DNA of 64,000 bases. Origin: Nemertoderma westbladi. Its lineage: Eukaryota; Animalia; Xenacoelomorpha. The stretch's first letter is position 1. Each line of letters starts with the position of its first letter. The translations under genes and the position numbers were made by a program. Below, piece by piece: positions 50,401 through 62,400 of this stretch. Under the pieces are notes generated by a model. It was not told the origin of the DNA and did not search any database. It worked only from the letters and a program-made list of their open reading frames with translations. The stretch is taken from NCBI GenBank assembly GCA_032718475.1, contig JAUCBJ010006703.1, positions 1-64,000 on the forward strand. Direction: 5' to 3'.

Positions 50401-53400
50401 AGGTATGGTGGGATCTGTGGACGATGTGGGAGACGAAGTGAGAGGTATGGTGGGATCTGTGGACGATGTGGGAGACGGAGTGGGAGGTATGGTGGGATCT
50501 GTGGACGATGTGGGAGACGAAGTGGGAGGTATGGTGGGATCTGTGGACGATGTGGGAGATGGAGTGGGAGGTATGGTGGGATCTGTGGACGATGTGGGAG
50601 ACGAAGTGGGAGGTATGGTGGGATCTGCGGACGATGTGGGAGACGGAGTGGGAGTTATGGTGGGATCTGTGGACGATGTGGGAGACGGAGTGGGAGGTAT
50701 GGTGGGATCTGTGGACGATGTGGGAGACGGAGTGGGAGGTATGGGGGGATCTGTGGACGATGTGGGAGACGAAGTGGGAAGTATGGTGGGATCTGTGGAC
50801 GATGTGGGAGACGGAGTGGGAGGTATGGTGGGATCTGTGGACGATGTGGGAGACGTAGTGGGAGGTATGGTGGGATCTATGGACGATGTGGGAGACGGAG
50901 TGGGAGGTATGGGGGGATCTGTGGACGATGTGGGAGACGGAGTGGGAGGTATGGTGGGATCTGTGGACGATGTGGGAGACGGAGTGGGAGGTATGGTGGG
51001 ATCTGTGGACGATGTGGGAGATGGAGTGGGAGGTATGGTGGGATCTGTGGACGATGTGGGAGACGAAGTGGGAGGTATGGTGGGATCTGTGGACGATGTG
51101 GGAGACGGAGTGGGAGGTATGGGGGGATCTGTGGACGATGTGGGAGACGGAGTGGGAGGTATGGTGGGATCTGTGGACGATGTGGGAGACGGAGTGGGAG
51201 GTATGGGGGGATCTGTGGACGATGTGGGAGACGGAGTGGGAGGTATGGTGGGATCTGTGGACGATGTGGGAGACGGAGTGGGAGGTATGGTGGGATCTGT
51301 GGACGATGTGGGAGACGAAGTGGGAGGTATGGTGGGATCTGTGGACGATGTGGGAGATGGAGTGGGAGGTATGGTGGGATCTGTGGGAGACGGAGTGGGA
51401 GGTATGGGGGGATCTGTGGGAGACGGAGTGGGAGGTATGGTGGGATCTGTGGACGATGTGGGAGACGGAGTGGGAGTTATGGTGGGATCTGTGGTGTGGA
51501 GGGTGTGGGAGTGGGAGACGGAGTGGGAAGTACAGGAGGATCTGTGGAGGTGTGGGAGACGGAGTGGGAAGTACAAGAGGATCTGTGGAGGGTGTGGGAG
51601 ACGGAGTGGGAAATACAGGAGGATCTGTGGAGGATGTGGGAAACGGAGTGGGAAGCTCAGCAGGATCTGTGAAGGGTTTGGAGACGGAGTGGGAAGTAGA
51701 AGAGGATCTGTGGAGGGTGTGGGAGACGGAGTGGGAGGTATGGGGGGGATCTGTGGAGGGTGTGGGAGTCGGAGTGGGAGGTATGGGGGGATCTGTGGTT
51801 CGGAGGGTGTGGGAGACGGAGTGGGAAGTACAGGAGGGATCCGTGGATGAAGTACAGGAAGGTCTGTGGAGGGTGTGGGAGACGGAGTGGGAGGTATGGG
51901 GGGGATCTGTGGAGGGTGTGGGAGTCGGAGTGGGAGGTATGGGGGAATCTGTGGTTTGGAGGGTGTGGGAGACGGAGTGGGAAGTACAGGAGGGATCCGT
52001 GGATGAAGTACAGGAAGGTCTGTGGAGGGTGTGGGAGACGGTGACGGAAGTACAGGCGGATCTGCGGAGGGTGTGGGAGACGGAGTGGGAGGTATGGGGG
52101 GATCTGTGGAGGGTGTGGGAGACGGAGTGGGAGGTATGGGGGGGATCTGTGGAGGGTGTGGGAGTCGGAGTGGGATGTATGGGGGGATCTGTGGTTCGGA
52201 GGGTGTGGGAGACGGAGTGGGAAGTACAGGAGGGATTCGTGGATGAAGTACAGGAAGGTCTGTGGAGGGTGTGGGAGACGGAGTGGGAGGTATGGGGGGG
52301 ATCTGTGGAGGGTGTGGGAGTCGGAGTGGGAGGTATGGGGGAATCTGTGGTTTGGAGGGTGTGGGAGACGGAGTGGGAAGTACAGGAGGGATCCGTGGAT
52401 GAAGTACAGGAAGGTCTGTGGAGGGTGTGGGAGATGGTGACGGAAGTACAGGCGGATCTGCGGAGGGTGTGGGAGATGGAGTAGGAGGTATGGTGGGATC
52501 TGTGGACGATGTGGGAGACGGAGTGGGAGATATGGTGGGATCTGTGGACGATGTGGGAGACGGAGTGGGAGGTATGGGGGGATCTGTGGACGATGTGGGA
52601 GACGAAGTGGGAGGTATGGTGGGATCTGTGGACGATGTGGGAGACGGAGTGGGAGGTATGGTGGGATCGGTGGACGATGTGGGAGACGTAGTGGGAGGTA
52701 TGGTGGGATCTGTGGACGATGTGGGAGACGGAGTGGGAGGTATGGGGGATCTGTGGACGATGTGGGAGACGGAGTGGGAGGTATGGTGGGATCTGTGGAC
52801 GATGTGGGAGACGGAGTGGGAGGTATGGTGGGATCTGTGGACGATGTGGGAGACGAAGTGGGAGGTATGGGGGTATCTGTGGACGATGTGGGAGACGGAG
52901 TGGGAGGTATGGTGGGATCTGTGGACGATGTGGGAGACGAAGTGGGAGGTATGGTGGGATCTGTGGACGATGTGGGAGACGGAGTGGGAGTTATGGTGGG
53001 ATCTGTGGACGATGTGGGAGACGGAGTGGGAGGTATGGTGGGATCTGTGGACGATGTGGGAGACGAAGTGGGAGGTATGGGGGGATCTGTGGACGATGTG
53101 GGAGACGAAGTGGGAGGTATGGTGGGATCTGTGGACGATGTGGGAGACGGAGTGGGAGGTATGGTGGGATCTGTGGACGATGTGGGAGACGGAGTGGGAG
53201 GTATGGTGGGATCTGTGGACGATGTGGGAGACGAAGTGGGAGGTATGGTGGGATCTGTGGACGATGTGGGAGACGGAGTGGGAGTTATGGTGGGATCTGT
53301 GGACGATATGGGAGACGGAGTGGGAGGTATGGTGGGATCTGTGGACGATGTGGGAGACGGAGTGGGAGGTATGGTGGGATCTGTGGACGATGTGGGAGAC

Positions 53401-56400
53401 GGAGTGGGAGGTATGGTGGGATCTGTGGACGATGTGGGAGACGAAGTGGGAGGTATGGTGGGATCTGTGGACGATGTGGGAGACGGAGTGGGAGGTATGG
53501 TGGGATCTGTGGACGATGTGGGAGACGAAGTGGGAGGTATGGTGGGATCTGTGGACGATGTGGGAGACGGAGTGGGAGGTATGGTGGGATCTGTGGACGA
53601 TGTGGGAGACGGAGTGGGAGGTATGGTGGGATCTTTGGACGATGTGGGAGACGGAGTGGGAGTTATGGTGGGATCTGTGGTGTGGAGGGTGTGGGAGTGG
53701 GAGACGGAGTGGGAAGTACAGGAGGATCTGTGGAGGTGTGGGAGACGGAGTGGGAAGTACAAGAGGATCTGTGGAGGGTGTGGGAGACGGAGTGGGAAAT
53801 ACAGGAGGATCTGTGGAGGATGTGGGAAACGGAGTGGGAAGCTCAGCAGGATCTGTGAAGGGTTTGGAGACGGAGTGGGAAGTAGAAGAGGATCTGTGGA
53901 GGGTGTGGGAGACGGAGTGGGAAGCTCAGCAGGATCTGTGAAGGGTTTGGAGACGGAGTGGGAAGTAGAAGAGGATCTGTGGAGGGTGTGGGAGACGGAG
54001 TGGGAGGTATGGGGGGGATCTGTGGAGGGTGTGGGAGTCGGAGTGGGAGGTATGGGGGGATCTGTGGTTCGGAGGGTGTGGGAGACGGAGTGGGAAGTAC
54101 AGGAGGGATCCGTGGATGAAGTACAGGAAGGTCTGTGGAGGGTGTGGGAGACGGAGTGGGAGGTATGGGGGGGATCTGTGGAGGGTGTGGGAGTCGGAGT
54201 GGGAGGTATGGGGGAATCTGTGGTTTGGAGGGTGTGGGAGACGGAGTGGGAAGTACAGGAGGGATCCGTGGATGAAGTACAGGAAGGTCTGTGGAGGGTG
54301 TGGGAGACGGTGACGGAAGTACAGGCGGATCTGCGGAGGGTGTGGGAGACGGAGTGGGAGGTATGGGGGGATCTGTGGAGGGTGTGGGAGACGGAGTGGG
54401 AGGTATGGGGGGGATCTGTGGAGGGTGTGGGAGTCGGAGTGGGATGTATGGGGGGATCTGTGGTTCGGAGGGTGTGGGAGACGGAGTGGGAAGTACAGGA
54501 GGGATTCGTGGATGAAGTACAGGAAGGTCTGTGGAGGGTGTGGGAGACGGAGTGGGAGGTATGGGGGGGATCTGTGGAGGGTGTGGGAGTCGGAGTGGGA
54601 GGTATGGGGGAATCTGTGGTTTGGAGGGTGTGGGAGACGGAGTGGGAAGTACAGGAGGGATCCGTGGATGAAGTACAGGAAGGTCTGTGGAGGGTGTGGG
54701 AGATGGTGACGGAAGTACAGGCGGATCTGCGGAGGGTGTGGGAGATGGAGTAGGAGGTATGGTGGGATCTGTGGACGATGTGGGAGACGGAGTGGGAGAT
54801 ATGGTGGGATCTGTGGACGATGTGGGAGACGGAGTGGGAGGTATGGGGGGATCTGTGGACGATGTGGGAGACGAAGTGGGAGGTATGGTGGGATCTGTGG
54901 ACGATGTGGGAGACGGAGTGGGAGGTATGGTGGGATCGGTGGACGATGTGGGAGACGTAGTGGGAGGTATAGTGGGATCTGTGGACGATGTGGGAGACGG
55001 AGTGGGAGGTATGGGGGATCTGTGGACGATGTGGGAGACGGAGTGGGAGGTATGGTGGGATCTGTGGACGATGTGGGAGACGGAGTGGGAGGTATGGTGG
55101 GATCTGTGGACGATGTGGGAGACGAAGTGGGAGGTATGGGGGTATCTGTGGACGATGTGGGAGACGGAGTGGGAGGTATGGTGGGATCTGTGGACGATGT
55201 GGGAGACGAAGTGGGAGGTATGGTGGGATCTGTGGACGATGTGGGAGACGGAGTGGGAGTTATGGTGGGATCTGTGGACGATGTGGGAGACGGAGTGGGA
55301 GGTATGGTGGGATCTGTGGACGATGTGGGAGACGAAGTGGGAGGTATGGGGGGATCTGTGGACGATGTGGGAGACGAAGTGGGAGGTATGGTGGGATCTG
55401 TGGACGATGTGGGAGACGGAGTGGGAGGTATGGTGGGATCTGTGGACGATGTGGGAGACGGAGTGGGAGGTATGGTGGGATCTGTGGACGATGTGGGAGA
55501 CGAAGTGGGAGGTATGGTGGGATCTGTGGACGATGTGGGAGACGGAGTGGGAGTTATGGTGGGATCTGTGGACGATATGGGAGACGGAGTGGGAGGTATG
55601 GTGGGATCTGTGGACGATGTGGGAGACGGAGTGGGAGGTATGGTGGGATCTGTGGACGATGTGGGAGACGGAGTGGGAGGTATGGTGGGATCTGTGGACG
55701 ATGTGGGAGACGAAGTGGGAGGTATGGTGGGATCTGTGGACGATGTGGGAGACGGAGTGGGAGGTATGGTGGGATCTGTGGACGATGTGGGAGACGAAGT
55801 GGGAGGTATGGTGGGATCTGTGGACGATGTGGGAGACGGAGTGGGAGGTATGGTGGGATCTGTGGACGATGTGGGAGACGGAGTGGGAGGTATGGTGGGA
55901 TCTGTGGACGATGTGGGAGACGGAGTGGGAGTTATGGTGGGATCTGTGGTGTGGAGGGTGTGGGAGTGGGAGACGGAGTGGGAAGTACAGGAGGATCTGT
56001 GGAGGTGTGGGAGACGGAGTGGGAAGTACAAGAGGATCTGTGGAGGGTGTGGGAGACGGAGTGGGAAATACAGGAGGATCTGTGGAGGATGTGGGAAACG
56101 GAGTGGGAAGCTCAGCAGGATCTGTGAAGGGTTTGGAGACGGAGTGGGAAGTAGAAGAGGATCTGTGGAGGGTGTGGGAGACGGAGTGGGAGGTATGGGG
56201 GGGATCTGTGGAGGGTGTGGGAGTCGGAGTGGGAGGTATGGGGGGATCTGTGGTTCGGAGGGTGTGGGAGACGGAGTGGGAAGTACAGGAGGGATCCGTG
56301 GATGAAGTACAGGAAGGTCTGTGGAGGGTGTGGGAGACGGAGTGGGAGGTATGGGGGGGATCTGTGGAGGGTGTGGGAGTCGGAGTGGGAGGTATGGGGG

Positions 56401-59400
56401 AATCTGTGGTTTGGAGGGTGTGGGAGACGGAGTGGGAAGTACAGGAGGGATCCGTGGATGAAGTACAGGAAGGTCTGTGGAGGGTGTGGGAGACAGTGAC
56501 GGAAGTACAGGCGGATCTGCGGAGGGTGTGGGAGACGGAGTGGGAGGTATGGGGGGATCTGTGGAGGGTGTGGGAGACGGAGTGGGAGGTATGGGGGGGA
56601 TCTGTGGAGGGTGTGGGAGTCGGAGTGGGAGGTATGGGGGGATCTGTGGTTCGGAGGGTGTGGGAGACGGAGTGGGAAGTACAGGAGGGATTCGTGGATG
56701 AAGTACAGGAAGGTCTGTGGAGGGTGTGGGAGACGGAGTGGGAGGTATGGGGGGGATCTGTGGAGGGTGTGGGAGTCGGAGTGGGAGGTATGGGGGAATC
56801 TGTGGTTTGGAGGGTGTGGGAGACGGAGTGGGAAGTACAGGAGGGATCCGTGGATGAAGTACAGGAAGGTCTGTGGAGGGTGTGGGAGACGGTGACGGAA
56901 GTACAGGCGGATCTGCGGAGGGTGTGGGAGATGGAGTAGGAGGTATGGTGGGATCTGTGGACGATGTGGGAGACGGAGTGGGAGATATGGTGGGATCTGT
57001 GGACGATGTGGGAGACGGAGTGGGAGGTATGGTGGGATCTGTGGACGATGTGGGAGACGGAGTGGGAGGTATGGTGGGATCGGTGGACGATGTGGGAGAC
57101 GTAGTGGGAGGTATGGTGGGATCTGTGGACGATGTGGGAGACGGAGTGGGAGGTATGGGGGATCTGTGGACGATGTGGGAGACGGAGTGGGAGGTATGGT
57201 GGGATCTGTGGACGATGTGGGAGACGGAGTGGGAGGTATGGTGGGATCTGTGGACGATGTGGGAGACGAAGTGGGAGGTATGGGGGATCTGTGGACGATG
57301 TGGGAGACGGAGTGGGAGGTATGGTGGGATCTGTGGACGATGTGGGAGACGAAGTGGGAGGTATGGTGGGATCTGTGGACGATGTGGGAGACGGAGTGGG
57401 AGTTATGGTGGGATCTGTGGACGATGTGGGAGACGGAGTGGGAGGTATGGTGGGATCTGTGGACGATGTGGGAGACGAAGTGGGAGGTATGGGGGGATCT
57501 GTGGACGATGTGGGAGACGAAGTGGGAGGTATGGTGGGATCTGTGGACGATGTGGGAGACGGAGTGGGAGGTATGGTGGGATCTGTGGACGATGTGGGAG
57601 ACGGAGTGGGAGGTATGGTGGGATCTGTGGACGATGTGGGAGACGAAGTGGGAGGTATGGTGGGATCTGTGGACGATGTGGGAGACGGAGTGGGAGTTAT
57701 GGTGGGATCTGTGGACGATATGGGAGACGGAGTGGGAGGTATGGTGGGATCTGTGGACGATGTGGGAGACGGAGTGGGAGGTATGGTGGGATCTGTGGAC
57801 GATGTGGGAGACGGAGTGGGAGGTATGGTGGGATCTGTGGACGATGTGGGAGACGAAGTGGGAGGTATGGTGGGATCTGTGGACGATGTGGGAGACGGAG
57901 TGGGAGGTATGGTGGGATCTGTGGACGATGTGGGAGACGAAGTGGGAGGTATGGTGGGATCTGTGGACGATGTGGGAGACGGAGTGGGAGGTATGGTGGG
58001 ATCTGTGGACGATGTGGGAGACGAAGTGGGAGGTATGGTGGGATCTGTGGACGATGTGGGAGACGGAGTGGGAGTTATGGTGGGATCTGTGGACGATGTG
58101 GGAGACGGAGTGGGAGGTATGGTGGGATCTGTGGACGATGTGGGAGACGGAGTGGGAGGTATGGGGGGATCTGTGGACGATGTGGGAGACGAAGTGGGAG
58201 GTATGGTGGGATCTGTGGACGATGTGGGAGACGGAGTGGGAGGTATGGTGGGATCTGTGGACGATGTGGGAGACGTAGTGGGAGGTATGGTGGGATCTGT
58301 GGACGATGTGGGAGACGAAGTGGGAGGTATGGTGGGATCTGTGGACGATGTGGGAGACGGAGTGGGAGGTATGGTGGGATCTGTGGACGATGTGGGAGAC
58401 GTAGTGGGAGGTATGGTGGGATCTGTGGACGATATGGGAGACGGAGTGGGAGGTATGGGGGGATCTGTGGACGATGTGGGAGACGGAGTGGGAGGTATGG
58501 TGGGATCTGTGGACGATGTGGGAGACGGAGTGGGAGGTATGGGGGATCTGTGGACGATGTGGGAGACGGAGTGGGAGGTATGGTGGGATCTGTGGACGAT
58601 GTGGGAGACGGAGTGGGAGGTATGGTGGGATCTGTGGACGATGTGGGAGACGAAGTGGGAGGTATGGTGGGATCTGTGGACGATGTGGGAGATGGAGTGG
58701 GAGGTATGGTGGGATCTGTGGGAGACGGAGTGGGAGGTATGGGGGGATCTGTGGGAGACGGAGTGGGAGGTATGGTGGGATCTGTGGACGATGTGGGAGA
58801 CGAAGTGGGAGGTATGGTGGGATCTGTGGACGATGTGGGAGACGGAGTGGGAGGTATGGTGGGATCTGTGGACGATGTGGGAGACGAAGTGGGAGGTATG
58901 GTGGGATCTGTGGACGATGTGGGAGACGGAGTGGGAGGTATGGGGGGATCTGTGGACGATGTGGGAGACGGAGTGGGAGGTATGGTGGGATCTGTGGACG
59001 ATGTGGGAGACGGAGTGGGAGGTATGGTGGGATCTGTGGACGATGTGGGAGACGGAGTGGGAGGTATGGTGGGATCTGTGGACGATGTGGGAGACGGAGT
59101 GGGAGGTATGGTGGGATCTGTGGACGATGTGGGAGACGAAGTGGGAGGTATGGTGGGATCTGTGGACGATGTGGGAGACGGAGTGGGAGTTATGGTGGGA
59201 TCTGTGGACGATGTGGGAGACGGAGTGGGAGGTATGGTGGGATCTGTGGACGATGTGGGAGACGGAGTGGGAGGTATGGTGGGATCTGTGGACGATGTGG
59301 GAGACGGAGTGGGAGGTATGGGGGATCTGTGGACGATGTGGGAGACGGAGTGGGAGGTATGGTGGGATCTGTGGACGATGTGGGAGACGGAGTGGGAGGT

Positions 59401-62400
59401 ATGGTGGGATCTGTGGACGATGTGGGAGACGAAGTGGGAGGTATGGGGGATCTGTGGACGATGTGGGAGACGGAGTGGGAGGTATGGTGGGATCTGTGGA
59501 CGATGTGGGAGACGAAGTGGGAGGTATGGTGGGATCTGTGGACGATGTGGGAGACGGAGTGGGAGTTATGGTGGGATCTGTGGACGATGTGGGAGACGGA
59601 GTGGGAGGTATGGTGGGATCTGTGGACGATGTGGGAGACGAAGTGGGAGGTATGGGGGGATCTGTGGACGATGTGGGAGACGAAGTGGGAGGTATGGTGG
59701 GATCTGTGGACGATGTGGGAGACGGAGTGGGAGGTATGGTGGGATCTGTGGACGATGTGGGAGACGGAGTGGGAGGTATGGTGGGATCTGTGGACGATGT
59801 GGGAGACGAAGTGGGAGGTATGGTGGGATCTGTGGACGATGTGGGAGACGGAGTGGGAGTTATGGTGGGATCTGTGGACGATGTGGGAGACGGAGTGGGA
59901 GGTATGGTGGGATCTGTGGACGATGTGGGAGACGGAGTGGGAGGTATGGTGGGATCTGTGGACGATGTGGGAGACGGAGTGGGAGGTATGGTGGGATCTG
60001 TGGACGATGTGGGAGACGAAGTGGGAGGTATGGTGGGATCTGTGGACGATGTGGGAGACGGAGTGGGAGGTATGGTGGGATCTGTGGACGATGTGGGAGA
60101 CGAGTGGGAGGTATGGTGGGATCTGTGGACGATGTGGGAGACGGAGTGGGAGGTATGGTGGGATCTGTGGACGATGTGGGAGACGAAGTGGGAGGTATGG
60201 TGGGATCTGTGGACGATGTGGGAGACGGAGTGGGAGGTATGGTGGGATCTGTGGACGATGTGGGAGACGGAGTGGGAGGTATGGTGGGATCTGTGGACGA
60301 TGTGGGAGACGGAGTGGGAGGTATGGGGGGATCTGTGGACGATGTGGGAGACGAAGTGGGAGGTATGGTGGGATCTGTGGACGATGTGGGAGACGGAGTG
60401 GGAGGTATGGTGGGATCTGTGGACGATGTGGGAGACGTAGTGGGAGGTATGGTGGGATCTGTGGACGATGTGGGAGACGAAGTGGGAGGTATGGTGGGAT
60501 CTGTGGACGATGTGGGAGACGGAGTGGGAGGTATGGTGGGATCTGTGGACGATGTGGGAGACGTAGTGGGAGGTATGGTGGGATCTGTGGACGATATGGG
60601 AGACGGAGTGGGAGGTATGGGGGGATCTGTGGACGATGTGGGAGACGGAGTGGGAGGTATGGTGGGATCTGTGGACGATGTGGGAGACGGAGTGGGAGGT
60701 ATGGGGGATCTGTGGACGATGTGGGAGACGGAGTGGGAGGTATGGTGGGATCTGTGGACGATGTGGGAGACGGAGTGGGAGGTATGGTGGGATCTGTGGA
60801 CGATGTGGGAGACGAAGTGGGAGGTATGGTGGGATCTGTGGACGATGTGGGAGATGGAGTGGGAGGTATGGTGGGATCTGTGGGAGACGGAGTGGGAGGT
60901 ATGGGGGGATCTGTGGGAGACGGAGTGGGAGGTATGGTGGGATCTGTGGACGATGTGGGAGACGAAGTGGGAGGTATGGTGGGATCTGTGGACGATGTGG
61001 GAGACGGAGTGGGAGGTATGGTGGGATCTGTGGACGATGTGGGAGACGAAGTGGGAGGTATGGTGGGATCTGTGGACGATGTGGGAGACGGAGTGGGAGG
61101 TATGGGGGGATCTGTGGACGATGTGGGAGACGGAGTGGGAGGTATGGTGGGATCTGTGGACGATGTGGGAGACGGAGTGGGAGGTATGGTGGGATCTGTG
61201 GACGATGTGGGAGACGGAGTGGGAGGTATGGGGGGATCTGTGGACGATGTGGGAGACGGAGTGGGAGGTATGGTGGGATCTGTGGACGATGTGGGAGACG
61301 GAGTGGGAGGTATGGTGGGATCTGTGGACGATGTGGGAGACGGAGTGGGAGGTATGGTGGGATCTGTGGACGATGTGGGAGACGGAGTGGGAGGTATGGT
61401 GGGATCTGTGGACGATGTGGGAGACGGAGTGGGAGGTATGGGGGGATCTGTGGACGATGTGGGAGACGAAGTGGGAGGTATGGTGGGATCTGTGGACGAT
61501 GTGGGAGACGGAGTGGGAGGTATGGTGGGATCTGTGGACGATGTGGGAGACGGAGTGGGAGGTATGGGGGGATCTGTGGACGATGTGGGAGACGGAGTGG
61601 GAGGTATGGTGGGATCTGTGGACGATGTGGGAGACGGAGTGGGAGGTATGGTGGGATCTGTGGACGATGTGGGAGACGGAGTGGGAGGTATGGTGGGATC
61701 TGTGGACGATGTGGGAGACGGAGTGGGAGGTATGGTGGGATCTGTGGACGATGTGGGAGACGGAGTGGGAGGTATGGTGGGATCTGTGGACGATGTGGGA
61801 GACGAAGTGGGAGGTATGGTGGGATCTGTGGACGATGTGGGAGACGGAGTGGGAGGTATGGTGGGATCTGTGGACGATGTGGGAGACGAAGTGGGAGGTA
61901 TGGTGGGATCTGTGGACGATGTGGGAGACGGAGTGGGAGGTATGGTGGGATCTGTGGACGATGTGGGAGACGAAGTGGGAGGTATGGTGGGATCTGTGGA
62001 CGATGTGGGAGACGGAGTGGGAGGTATGGTGGGATCTGTGGACGATGTGGGAGACGGAGTGGGAGGTATGGTGGGATCTGTGGACGATGTGGGAGACGGA
62101 GTGGGAGGTATGGTGGGATCTGTGGACGATGTGGGAGACGGAGTGGGAGGTATGGTGGGATCTGTGGACGATGTGGGAGACGGAGTGGGAGGTATGGTGG
62201 GATCTGTGGACGATGTGGGAGACGGAGTGGGAGGTATGGTGGGATCTGTGGACGATGTGGGAGACGGAGTGGGAGGTATGGTGGGATCTGTGGACGATGT
62301 GGGAGACGGAGTGGGAGGTATGGTGGGATCTGTGGACGATGTGGGAGACGGAGTGGGAGGTATGGTGGGATCTGTGGACGATGTGGGAGACGGAGTGGGA

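Noticed and set aside
35330-60440. Plus-strand repeat ORFs ([42 protein letters not shown])
   Set aside because: All frames of the 42-bp unit are largely open and swap at indels, with no non-repetitive domain. Only the minus PTS frame is kept, as an unresolved hypothesis.
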